DNA of 35,994 nucleotides. Source: Candidatus Spechtbacterales bacterium. Lineage in GTDB: Bacteria; Patescibacteriota; Minisyncoccia; Spechtbacterales; 2-12-FULL-38-22. Shown here in pieces: positions 27,719-35,994 of this stretch. How positions within the stretch are numbered: the stretch's first letter is position 1; the number at the start of each line of letters is the position of its first letter. The stretch spans positions 1 through 35,994 of the forward strand of contig JAWWAH010000003.1 in the NCBI GenBank assembly GCA_033721415.1. Direction: 5' to 3'. A program made the translations under genes and the position numbers. A model generated the notes under the pieces. It did no database searches. It was not told the origin of the DNA and saw only the letters and a list, made by a program, of their open reading frames with translations.

Positions 27719-28165
27719 ATGAGCCGCCGATTCAAGAAGGGCCCGACACTCGAGGCGATCGAGGAGCTCGGGATCACCCGGCGCACAAAGCCGGGCGAGG
27801 TCGATCCTGCGACCTTCATCAAGGGGGCGGCTCTCCTGTGGCAGTCCGAGTTCGCTTGGGCTGTCGACAACGAGGAGACCCGTTGGGCGTATCGAGAACT
27901 TGAGCGCCTTCTGTACGCGGCTGTTTCAGCCACGAGTCAGGACGAGCTCACAGAGGCCATCAAGCCGAAGCACAGCCTCGCTGCTCTGCGGTGCGCCACC
28001 TCGCGCATCAACAAGGCTGAGGTTAATGTTCTCGAGGAAGAGGCTCGTCGTGAAGCCTCTTCCAACAACTCTTCTCAGTCTCTTCGTGAGTCCCGCGCCC
28101 GCAAGGAGCGCAAGCGTGCTCGCGATCGCGAGATCCGTGCCCGCATGAAGGGCAAGAGCCAGTAG
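27719..28165 (+). CDS. Hypothetical helical protein with Arg-rich C-terminus (148 aa)
   Basis: SD aaggaggg; ends RESRARKERKRARDREIRARMKGKSQ; consistent codon bias. Confidence 0.8.
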   Translation: MSRRFKKGPTLEAIEELGITRRTKPGEVDPATFIKGAALLWQSEFAWAVDNEETRWAYRELERLLYAAVSATSQDELTEAIKPKHSLAALRCATSRINKAEVNVLEEEARREASSNNSSQSLRESRARKERKRARDREIRARMKGKSQ

Positions 28166-28241
28166 ACCTTCGGGGGCAGGCCGTGAAGACACCAGCCTGC
28201 CCCTGACCAACCATAAGCGAAACCCTTGAAAGGGGGTGAAT

Positions 28242-28418
28242 ATGTCGAAGAAGGTCGAAGCTAAGGAGTTCGAGATCGTAAAGACGATCTCGACGGGACG
28301 CCACCGCCGCACCGAGACCGCTCAGGTCGTTGCGCGCATCAATGGTCGTCGCGTCACGCGCCATGTCCGAAAGGACAACGGTGTGTGGAAGGACCTCCAA
28401 GGGAACACCTACAGCTGA
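28242..28418 (+). CDS. Small basic protein (58 aa)
   Basis: SD aagggggtga before ATG 28242; MSKKVEAKEFEIVKTISTGRHRRTETAQVVARINGRRVTRHVRKDNGVWKDLQGNTYS. Confidence 0.75.
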   Translation: MSKKVEAKEFEIVKTISTGRHRRTETAQVVARINGRRVTRHVRKDNGVWKDLQGNTYS

Positions 28419-28770
28419 AAAGCTGATTAGGTATCCTGGCGCGGAGCTCCGAAAAGCCGCGCAAAAACAAGGAGCAAAAGTTCCGGTCGTATAAAACACG
28501 AAGAAGGGCCGGAAAGGCGAAAAAGGGAGCGCCTAAAAAATCTCTCCAGGGAACGCAGCACTCGCGTTCCCGCTCTTACAGTATTCTCGAAGATTTCGAG
28601 GATAGCGTAGGCGCAGAAATGGAAATAAAATGCTAAAGCGAGCATTTGGAAGACTGTTTGCTTTTGCTGGAATCATGGCAATGGCAAACATGGAAGCCAA
28701 CGAATGGAAAAACAAGCACCTATAATAAATACCCGCCACAAGCTACATAAAGGCTTTTTGGCGGGTATTA
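28412..28770 (+). ncRNA. Structured 3' RNA domain of unit C with two candidate H-type pseudoknots and a terminal hairpin
   Basis: cagct-GAAA-agctg; PK 28439-75; PK 28515-46; gggaacgc/gcgttccc; tattctcgaa/ttcgaggata; final aatacccgcca/tggcgggtatt (28728-69). Confidence 0.6.
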
Positions 28771-28820
28771 AAAATTAATAAACATTATACAAGATAAAAA
28801 ACATATAATATAGATATCTC

Positions 28821-28855
28821 TTGAAAAATAGTGTGCCATATGGCATACTATTTTT
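28821..28855 (+). promoter_or_regulatory. Probable promoter covered by a 32-bp near-perfect palindrome
   Basis: TTGAAA-17bp-CATACT with TGn; aaaaatagtgtgccat|atggcatactattttt (one mismatch). Confidence 0.6.
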
Positions 28856-28878
28856 AGTTATTTTAAAGGAGGTGGTAC

Positions 28879-29373
28879 TTGAACATCGATCCAAATCGTC
28901 TTTTCAACGGAAAGTTGATACTGGCCAACAATAAAGAAATTCCAAATTATATTACTCATGATGAAATAATAGCGATTACCTTTGCGTTTCTTAAAGATAA
29001 AGGATATCCATTAAGTAATAGTTTGCGTCAGTTATCTATATTTTTTATTCCTGAAACTCGATATGGAAAAGATGGAATAGATCGTTTTTTACCAAAAATA
29101 TTTAAGTGGCGCACAAGAGACAGCACTAGTGGGAATTATCTTTCTTTAGCACTTAGCATAAAACTATTTGTACCACATCTACAGAATAGAAGAGATTTTA
29201 TAAAAACATTATTGCATGAATTAGATCACGTAGTCTGGTTTTTAGAGCATTGCGGCAGGTTTGATCGCTCAAAAAGATATAGAGCAAGACCGCACGAAAA
29301 GCGTGCGCGAAAAACTTCTCGCAAATGGTACAGAAAAGCAAAAAAGATAGCAAGCAGAAATAAGCCACAGTAA
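28879..29373 (+). CDS. Basic HExxH zinc metallopeptidase-like protein (SprT/ImmA-like zincin)
   Basis: SD aaaggaggtgg + TTG; TLLHELDH...PHEKRAR. Confidence 0.75.
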   Translation: MNIDPNRLFNGKLILANNKEIPNYITHDEIIAITFAFLKDKGYPLSNSLRQLSIFFIPETRYGKDGIDRFLPKIFKWRTRDSTSGNYLSLALSIKLFVPHLQNRRDFIKTLLHELDHVVWFLEHCGRFDRSKRYRARPHEKRARKTSRKWYRKAKKIASRNKPQ

Positions 29374-29382
29374 ATAGAATAT

Positions 29383-29409
29383 AAAGCATGTCGCATGACA
29401 TGCTTTTTT
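29383..29409 (+). terminator. Intrinsic terminator
   Basis: aaagcatgtc-gcat-gacatgctttttt. Confidence 0.8.
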
Positions 29410-29462
29410 AAATATTGCTAAAATGTTAAAATATACTCAATTAATATAAAAAATATTCAGCT

Positions 29463-30413
29463 ATGTTAATAGTGCTCCACGGAAAAAACACCTTTCGCTC
29501 TCGTAGGAAGTTGCTTGAGCTTATAGATGTTTATCGCAAAAAACACGAAGGCGGATTTTCATATGAACGAGCACAGGCAGAGAACATGACACTCAACGAG
29601 CTTAGCAGTATAGTGCAGAGCGCTTCTTTGTTCGATAATTCTAAGTTGGTTGTATTAGAAAATCTACTAAACAATAAAAAACTAAAAAAGGATGTTGTTG
29701 AATGGGAGAGTCTTCCCGATATTGCAAAGCAAAAGGATAACTTGCTTATACTTTTTGAAGAGTCATCTGTCGGCAAGGATAAAGATTATAAAGATATTTT
29801 AAAAAATGCTTCAAAAACCCAAGAGTTTAAAGAATTATCAACTCGAGATTCTGTAAAATGGTTTAAGTCTTATTTTGAAAATCAAGACAAAGACATAGAT
29901 ATCTCAAACATAAACATTGTTGTTTCTGCGGCTCAGGGTGATATGTGGAGGGCTTATAATGATCTTGAAAAAATATACGCATATAATAAAGGCAGTAAAC
30001 TAAGCCAGAAAGAAATCTCTGCTTTAAAAATAGGCTCTGAAGAAGCCCAAATATTTCCAACTATAGACGATGTTTTTTATGGAAATATAGATAAAGCAAT
30101 ATACAAAATACAACTTCACTGGAAAGAGGATTACTTTCCTCAGCAGTTTTTCCATATGCTAGAGCGACAAATAAAACTAATTGCATTAATAAAAGAACAA
30201 AAAGAAAAAGGGGTAGTGCAGAGGGCGATGGCAAAAAATTTATCGCTCCATCCATTTGTTGTTAAGAAAACATATAATTTGTGTGATAAATACTCTTGGC
30301 AAAAGATAGAAAATATTTATCAACGAATAGAGTCTCTAGAGGTTAAAAGCAAAACAGGGCAATTACAGCCAAGATTGGCATGTGAATTATTGAGCGTTGC
30401 TATAGCTAGCTAA
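29463..30413 (+). CDS. holA: DNA polymerase III delta subunit
   Basis: MLIVLHGKN, SLF...KLVVLEN, GDMW..NDLEK, LHPFVVKK, KSKTG; convergent with rpsT as is common. Confidence 0.88.
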   Translation: MLIVLHGKNTFRSRRKLLELIDVYRKKHEGGFSYERAQAENMTLNELSSIVQSASLFDNSKLVVLENLLNNKKLKKDVVEWESLPDIAKQKDNLLILFEESSVGKDKDYKDILKNASKTQEFKELSTRDSVKWFKSYFENQDKDIDISNINIVVSAAQGDMWRAYNDLEKIYAYNKGSKLSQKEISALKIGSEEAQIFPTIDDVFYGNIDKAIYKIQLHWKEDYFPQQFFHMLERQIKLIALIKEQKEKGVVQRAMAKNLSLHPFVVKKTYNLCDKYSWQKIENIYQRIESLEVKSKTGQLQPRLACELLSVAIAS

Positions 30414-30415
30414 AA

Positions 30416-30445
30416 TAAAAAGCCCCGAGTACTCGGGGCTTTTTA
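30416..30445. terminator. Bidirectional terminator (perfect 30-bp palindrome)
   Basis: taaaaagccccgagt|actcggggcttttta. Confidence 0.85.
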
Positions 30446-30455
30446 AAAGTTTGAG

Positions 30456-30725
30456 TTATTTTTCCTCTTTCGGATTTAGACTCCTTGCTAAAGATGATTT
30501 TCTTCTAGAAGCAGTGTTTTTATGAAGAATACCCTTCTTAACAGACTTATCAATAGCCTTGTAAATGGTTGGCAATAGTTTTTTTGCTTCATCTATCTTT
30601 CCACTGGTTACTAAATCTGAAAATTCGCGTGTAAGTTTTTTGACGCGATTTTTATAACTTCTGTTTAACTTTTCTCGTCTTGCGCTTTGTCGAAGCGCCT
30701 TTTTTGCGTTTTGTAAATTTGGCAT
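30456..30725 (-). CDS. rpsT: 30S ribosomal protein S20
   Basis: AKKALRQS..N, IDKSVKKGILHKNTASRRKSSL. Confidence 0.97.
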   Translation of the reverse strand: MPNLQNAKKALRQSARREKLNRSYKNRVKKLTREFSDLVTSGKIDEAKKLLPTIYKAIDKSVKKGILHKNTASRRKSSLARSLNPKEEK

Positions 30726-30788
30726 ATATCTATTTATTCACGTTTTCAAATACTATCATGATTTTTTTAATTCATCAAGGGTCTTGCC

Positions 30789-31442
30789 CTATATCCAGTC
30801 TCTGAAACTGGATAGAGGGCGGGCATCCTCCAGAGAGTACTCTCCAATAGAGGTTCTTTTTAATTCGCTAACGTAAGCCCCTGTTTTAAGCTCTCTACCT
30901 ATGTCTCGCGCCAAAGCCCTAATATAAGTGCCACTTGAAACTTTTACCCTTATCTTTACCTCGGGCCAACTATAACTAAGTAGTTCTAGTTTATAAATAG
31001 TAACCTTTTTTGGTTTTAATTTAACCTCTTTTCCTTCTCTTGCTAGCTCATAAGCTTTTTTACCTTTTATTTTTTTAGCTGAATACGTGGAGGGAATTTG
31101 CTCCATCTCTCCTGTAAATTTTTCGAGCACCGCTTGAAGCTCTTGCTCGGTAACCGGCACTGCATTATCGACGGATGTATGCTGTGATTCCACTGGTTCT
31201 CCAGTTATGTCTCCTGTATCTCTTTCTTCGCCCAAAATAAAAGTTGCTTCATATTCTTTATCCATTCCTATAAAGGTGCTTTGTTGTTTGGTTTCTGGTC
31301 GCCCTACCAAAATAATAAGAAGCCCTTCTGCAAAAGGATCTAGGGTTCCTGCGTGACCCACTTTTTTAATGCCCGTAATTTTACGAACTTCGTCTACTAT
31401 ATCGTGGCTTGTTGGCCCCTTTGGTTTGTTAATTAAAAGCAT
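30789..31442 (-). CDS. truB: tRNA pseudouridine(55) synthase
   Basis: KPKGPTSHD, GHAGTLDPFAEGLL, SSGTYIRALARD. Confidence 0.97.
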   Translation of the reverse strand: MLLINKPKGPTSHDIVDEVRKITGIKKVGHAGTLDPFAEGLLIILVGRPETKQQSTFIGMDKEYEATFILGEERDTGDITGEPVESQHTSVDNAVPVTEQELQAVLEKFTGEMEQIPSTYSAKKIKGKKAYELAREGKEVKLKPKKVTIYKLELLSYSWPEVKIRVKVSSGTYIRALARDIGRELKTGAYVSELKRTSIGEYSLEDARPLSSFRDWI

Positions 31443-31445
31443 TAC

Positions 31446-33449
31446 CTATGAATTATCTTTTAACTTGTTTATCTTATCACGTAATTTAGCAGCTTTTTCA
31501 AAATCAAGATTTTTTGCTGCTTTTTTCATTTCTTTTTCTAACTCTTTTATTGCTAAGTTTTCATACTCTTTGAGCTCTTCATCTTTTGCCTCTTCTAACT
31601 CTAACTCTTTGGGCATTTTGTAGATTTTCTTCTCTATAGACATCGGTGTTATACCATGTTTTTTATTATATCTTTCTTGAATTTTCCTTCTGCGCTCCGT
31701 TTCTTTTATTGTTGCTTTCATTGAATCGGTTATCTTATCTGCATACATAATTGCCCTACCTTCAACATGTCTTGCCGCTCTTCCTATTGTTTGAAGTAAC
31801 GTAGTTTCGTTTCTAAGAAAACCCTCCTTATCTGCGTCGAATATTATAACAAGCGAAACTTCAGGAAAGTCTAGCCCTTCTCTTAGTAGGTTTATACCAA
31901 CCAAGACATCATATTCTCCTTCGCGCAGTTTTTGCATAATGGGCAATCGTTTAAGTGTGTGTATTTCTGAGTGTATGTATTGAACTTTTATTCCTTCGGT
32001 GTTTAAAAATTCAGCAATTTCTTCGGCAAGACGCTTTGTTATTGTTACAACAAGTGTACGTTGCCCCTTTTTATTTTGTTTTTCTATTTCCTCTATAGCG
32101 GTTTGCATCTGGTTTTTTGTTGGGCGTATTTCTATTTTTGGATCTAGTAACCCAGTTGGCCTTACTATTTGCTCTACTATGTTTTCTTTGCCAGCTTTTT
32201 CTGTTTCATAGTCTCCGGGTGTTGCAGAAACGTATACTGCTTTTTCTATTCTCTTGTTAAACTCATCAAATTTAAGTGGCCTGTTGTCGACGGCGGAGGG
32301 AAGGCGAAAGCCATGCTGTATTAATGTTCTCTTTCGTGCTCTGTCTCCTGCATGCATCCCTCGTATCTGAGGAAGCGTCATATGAGATTCATCTATCACA
32401 GTTAGAAAATCGTTGTCAGCGTTTTTCATATAGTCAACCAGGGTAAATGGGGGAGAGCCTGGCTTGCGGAAATCTAGGTGTCTTGAGTAGTTTTCAATTC
32501 CGGGGCAGTAGCCCATTTGTTCTATTAGCTCAAGATCATAATTTGTTTTCTGTTCTAATCTGTATGCTTCAATGTCCCGCCCTCTTTCTTTTAGGTTTTT
32601 TAATCTTGTGTGTAGTTCAGCTTGGATATTTTTAGTTGCAATCTTTAATTTATTTTCTGGAGTTATCCAAAAATTTGCTGGAAATATTTTTACCCCTTCT
32701 TTTTCTCCTTTTTTTCCGTATACTCCGCTAGGCGATATATCTTCGTTTTGTGCAATATTTGGTTCGGCTACAACTAGAGTTGCTATTTTTTCTTTATCAC
32801 CTTGACCCTCAAGCTCAATAACTATTTTTGCCTCCCCGGTGGGAGGATACACTTCTATTAGGTTACCCTTGGCACGGAAGCTTCCTGCCGATGGGTCTAT
32901 ATCGTTTCTGCCAAACCCCATACTAACTAGAGTGTTTAAAAGGTCCCTTCTTGTGATGGGCTGGTCTTTTTTTAAATCAAGGCTTACTCCTTGGTAATCT
33001 TCCGGAGAACCGATACCGTATATACAAGAAACCGAAGCCACAACCAAAACATCTTTTCTTGTAAGTAGTGCTTGTACTGCGGAGTGTCGCATCTTGTCTA
33101 TTTTTTTATTAACGCTTGCATCTTTTGCTATGTAAGTATCATTTTGAGGTATGTAAGCCTCAGGCTGGTAGTAGTCATAATAGCTTACAAAATAATGAAC
33201 AGCGTTTTCAGGGAAAAACTCTTTGAATTCCTGGTATAACTGCCATGCTAAAGTTTTGTTGTGAGATATAACAAGGGTTGGCTTATTGATATCTGCTATT
33301 GTATTTGCCATTGTAAAAGTTTTACCCGATCCTGTTACACCATGAAGAACCTGGTGCTTTTCACCGTCTTTTAACCCTCTTACAATATTTTCTATAGCCT
33401 TCGGCTGGTCACCTCTAGGTTCTAGTTTTGTGGTTAGTTTAAAATCCAT
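31446..33449 (-). CDS. uvrB: Excinuclease ABC subunit B
   Basis: GDQPKAI, GVTGSGKT, YYDYYQPEAY, DESH, QTIGRAAR, C-terminal UVR domain; start taken at MDFKL (33449). Confidence 0.98.
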   Translation of the reverse strand: MDFKLTTKLEPRGDQPKAIENIVRGLKDGEKHQVLHGVTGSGKTFTMANTIADINKPTLVISHNKTLAWQLYQEFKEFFPENAVHYFVSYYDYYQPEAYIPQNDTYIAKDASVNKKIDKMRHSAVQALLTRKDVLVVASVSCIYGIGSPEDYQGVSLDLKKDQPITRRDLLNTLVSMGFGRNDIDPSAGSFRAKGNLIEVYPPTGEAKIVIELEGQGDKEKIATLVVAEPNIAQNEDISPSGVYGKKGEKEGVKIFPANFWITPENKLKIATKNIQAELHTRLKNLKERGRDIEAYRLEQKTNYDLELIEQMGYCPGIENYSRHLDFRKPGSPPFTLVDYMKNADNDFLTVIDESHMTLPQIRGMHAGDRARKRTLIQHGFRLPSAVDNRPLKFDEFNKRIEKAVYVSATPGDYETEKAGKENIVEQIVRPTGLLDPKIEIRPTKNQMQTAIEEIEKQNKKGQRTLVVTITKRLAEEIAEFLNTEGIKVQYIHSEIHTLKRLPIMQKLREGEYDVLVGINLLREGLDFPEVSLVIIFDADKEGFLRNETTLLQTIGRAARHVEGRAIMYADKITDSMKATIKETERRRKIQERYNKKHGITPMSIEKKIYKMPKELELEEAKDEELKEYENLAIKELEKEMKKAAKNLDFEKAAKLRDKINKLKDNS

Positions 33450-33557
33450 AGACACTATATTATAGTATATTTTATAGATTAAGTCTAGATTGATACAAAT
33501 CAAAATATGTGATATTTTTTTTATATCTTAGTTCTTTGCCAACAGAGAGGAAAAAAC

Positions 33558-34574
33558 ATGGCAGAGGAAAGAGAAGAATCAACAAGGGATGAGCCTGTTG
33601 GAATGCCAGAGGCCTCCCCTCAAACTATTAAGCGTAGTGTGAATCCGATACTTCCTGTATTACTTGCAGTAGCGCTTGTTTTCGGAATTAGCGTTGGGAC
33701 CAATCACTGGCTCAAGCCGACTCCGGACGAACTTCGCTCCACTGTGTTTGATGACGGTGAATTTGATGGCACCGATTTCGAAGGTGACATGAGCACCTAT
33801 ACTCGAACAGTTAGAGTAGATGCGCATATTTTCTGGACTGCCGAAGAGGTAAGAGCCAGGGTTCTTGCTATGAATCCAGGTATATCTCAATTACCGGAAG
33901 AAGAGCAACAGGCTACTCTTGATCAGCTTGACGAGCAAATCTCTAATCTTCCTACAAATGAGGATGGATACATCTCTCAGAATGACCTTTCTCCACAGTT
34001 CAGGATAAATCCTGCAGCTGCTACGGGAGTGTTGCTTTCTGATAGCGTTGTTGTTCCAAGTCAAGTTCTTGCCACAGTACTGGGTATTTCGGGAACGATG
34101 GCTGATCGTGTAACTGTAACAGTCACACTCCTGGCGGATGCTGATGTTGAGGATGAGTGGAAGAAGGAGGAGCTTTTCAACGGCAGTGCTTCTGAGCTTG
34201 TGGTAGACTCGAAGGTTTATGTCGATAAGGACTATGGCCTTACTTACCTTGAGCGCCCTGCTCAAAAGGCTCTTGTAGACCCCGGGGAAAACCCATATGA
34301 AAAAGTTTCTCTCGAAGATATCAGCGACTTGGATGCTGTTGTGTATCCGCGTTCTCTGGGCACCCTTCGTGTAGTTGATTCCGGAAGAGTTACAGGAACT
34401 ATTGAAGACAGAGGACTTATTCTTATCGGAGGTCACTTCAGCACAGCTGATATGGGTGCCCCAGTTTTCTTGGTTCGCGATGGCAATCTTGTTTGGGCTG
34501 GTATGCTCACCAGCACAGCTCAGGGATTTGGCGTTGTAGTAAGTGCTGATACGGTAGAAAGCAGAATGCCATGA
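33558..34574 (+). CDS. Membrane-anchored protein with degenerate trypsin-like fold
   Basis: N-terminal TM; ATGVLL..VVPSQVL, DKDYGLTYL and ADMGAPVF..WAGML align by eye with trypsin-like motifs but lack His/Asp/Ser. Confidence 0.6.
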   Translation: MAEEREESTRDEPVGMPEASPQTIKRSVNPILPVLLAVALVFGISVGTNHWLKPTPDELRSTVFDDGEFDGTDFEGDMSTYTRTVRVDAHIFWTAEEVRARVLAMNPGISQLPEEEQQATLDQLDEQISNLPTNEDGYISQNDLSPQFRINPAAATGVLLSDSVVVPSQVLATVLGISGTMADRVTVTVTLLADADVEDEWKKEELFNGSASELVVDSKVYVDKDYGLTYLERPAQKALVDPGENPYEKVSLEDISDLDAVVYPRSLGTLRVVDSGRVTGTIEDRGLILIGGHFSTADMGAPVFLVRDGNLVWAGMLTSTAQGFGVVVSADTVESRMP

Positions 34575-34585
34575 AAGGAGTGAGC

Positions 34586-35994
34586 ATGAGAAAATTCGCG
34601 GCATTAATTGCTGCAATGGCAATGATATTAACCGCCTGCAGTTCAGGTGGAGGTAATACAGATTCAGAAACAACTGATAGCGGAGACCGCGATTATCTGC
34701 AGATAGCTTCTTCAGAGCCCTCAACTCTTGATCCACACCTGGTGACAGATGTTGGCTCTCACAGTTATGTTGCAAAGCTTTTTGCAAATCTTGTGAGGCT
34801 TGACCCAGCTTTGGTTGATAAGGATGGCAACGTTGTTGCCGTCGGTGCTGAAGCCACTACGCCAGATATGGTTGAAAAATACCGTAATGGTGAACTCGAG
34901 GGTTCGGCTGTTGTTGTTCCCGATATCGCAGTAGAACTGCCCGATCCTGAATACAACGATGATGGCACAATTTCCTATACCTTTAAGATCAGGGAGGATG
35001 CAAAATTCTCTAATGGTCGAAAGGTAACTGCTAACGATTTTGCATACTCTATTGAGCGTGCCGCAGATCCAAGGACCAGGAGTACCACAGCCGAGCTTTA
35101 TCTTGGCGACATTCTTGGTGTTATGGATATGCAGCGAGGTCGTATCAACAACCTGGTGTCCAACCAGGATGATAAGGTTAAAGTTGACCTCCCCGGTATC
35201 GAGGTTTTGGACGAATCAACCATCAGAATTACAACTGACGGAGGAATTAACTCCGAGGTGTTCTTGATGAAAATGACATATCCCACAGCTTCGGTTGTGG
35301 ACAAGGTGCAGGCAGAAAGCCCTGCCCGATGGACAGACCGTCCCAATTCCACAGGTCCTTACGTTCTCGTGAAGAAGGATGTTTCGGAAATAGTAATGGA
35401 GGCTAACCCCAATTATCACGGAGACCAGCCAAAGATTAACCGAGTTGTGTATCTGCTTGCGGGGGGGTCAACCTTCCTTAGATACCAGAATGGTGAACTT
35501 GATCTTACGGGCGTGGGTATCGCTGACCTTGATCTTCTTGCTCAGGCTCGCGATAGCTCTTCGGAGATCTCTAAGCAGTATTTCGAAACAACGGATATGG
35601 CAACGTCCTATATAGGACTTAGCTCAAGAACTCCACCATTCGATGACCCGATGGTACGCAAGGCCTTTGCTCTTGCAATAGATCGCACAGCGATTGCTAC
35701 CACGGTGCTTCAGGATCTTGTAATTCCTGCACATGGAATTCTTCCCCCCGGCATGCCCGGTTACAGGGAGGATTTCCAGGGTCAGAACTTTAACCCAGAT
35801 GAAGCAAGAGATCTTCTTGCTCGTTCGAGTTACGGTACAGACCTTCCTCGTATCAAGCTTACTGTTTCAGGGAGCGGCTCCTCGCCAAGTGTTGTTCTGC
35901 AAGCAATTGTAGAATCCTGGCGCACGCATCTTGGAGTAGAGGTTGAGATTGAGCAGGTTGACTACGCCACTTTCCTCGAAGAGTTGAAGAGAGG
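34586..35994 (+). CDS. OppA/DppA-family ABC transporter substrate-binding lipoprotein (runs off window end)
   Basis: Not in ORF track. SD aaaggag; MRKFAALIAAMAMILTAC lipobox; EPSTLDP, YTFKIREDAKFSNGRKVTANDFAYSIERA, STGPY, PFDDPMVRKAFALAIDR. Confidence 0.92.
   Translation, partial: MRKFAALIAAMAMILTACSSGGGNTDSETTDSGDRDYLQIASSEPSTLDPHLVTDVGSHSYVAKLFANLVRLDPALVDKDGNVVAVGAEATTPDMVEKYRNGELEGSAVVVPDIAVELPDPEYNDDGTISYTFKIREDAKFSNGRKVTANDFAYSIERAADPRTRSTTAELYLGDILGVMDMQRGRINNLVSNQDDKVKVDLPGIEVLDESTIRITTDGGINSEVFLMKMTYPTASVVDKVQAESPARWTDRPNSTGPYVLVKKDVSEIVMEANPNYHGDQPKINRVVYLLAGGSTFLRYQNGELDLTGVGIADLDLLAQARDSSSEISKQYFETTDMATSYIGLSSRTPPFDDPMVRKAFALAIDRTAIATTVLQDLVIPAHGILPPGMPGYREDFQGQNFNPDEARDLLARSSYGTDLPRIKLTVSGSGSSPSVVLQAIVESWRTHLGVEVEIEQVDYATFLEELKR

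Noticed and set aside
27042-28739. Many overlapping alternative-frame and antisense ORFs
   Set aside because: Expected from locally high GC; they lack SD motifs and conflict with better-supported ORFs and RNA structure.
27576-28770. tmRNA (tRNA-like domain plus pseudoknots)
   Set aside because: Acceptor lacks the Ala G3-U70 identity, the fold is contiguous, and no tag frame is evident.
23870-29410. Prophage or integrative element
   Set aside because: No integrase, transposase or phage structural gene, and no att duplication of the tRNA-like 3' end seen.
33450-33503. N-terminal extension of UvrB in the ORF track
   Set aside because: AT-rich promoter-like sequence; UvrB homology begins at MDFKL.
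33891-34787. 298-aa antisense ORF
   Set aside because: Shadow of two well-supported + strand genes; no recognisable motifs.
1-35994. CRISPR array or rRNA
   Set aside because: No regularly spaced direct repeats, cas genes or rRNA signatures seen.

Overview
AT-rich bacterial chromosome segment spanning the replication origin. The gene set and style (short Jag and YebC, PolA without a 3'-5' exonuclease domain, TrmB-type regulator, DUF3048, core genes without Shine-Dalgarno motifs) point to a Patescibacteria/CPR (Parcubacteria-like) genome; this taxonomy is inference. Core genes: flippase, jag-yidC-yidD-rnpA-rpmH, oriC, dnaA-dnaN-dciA, PBP1A, tyrS, a RimK-GNAT fusion with a hydrolase, ruvC-yebC-ruvB, a PilB/GspE ATPase, tsaE-polA, a sensor kinase, holA, rpsT, truB, uvrB and an OppA-like lipoprotein. 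The standout is a ~3.7 kb island (25115-28770) between a TrmB regulator and an HExxH peptidase. It has three near-consensus sigma70 promoters driving densely structured RNAs. These contain a type III hammerhead ribozyme clamped to the transcript 5' end, long-range helices spanning an embedded ORF, a tRNA-like element with an aberrant anticodon arm, tandem pseudoknots, and four small GC-rich ORFs with SD motifs. A separate 6S-like rod RNA (14546-14718) carries 14 nt of perfect complementarity to the dnaA leader. All RNA structures were paired by eye and no folding software or database search was run.
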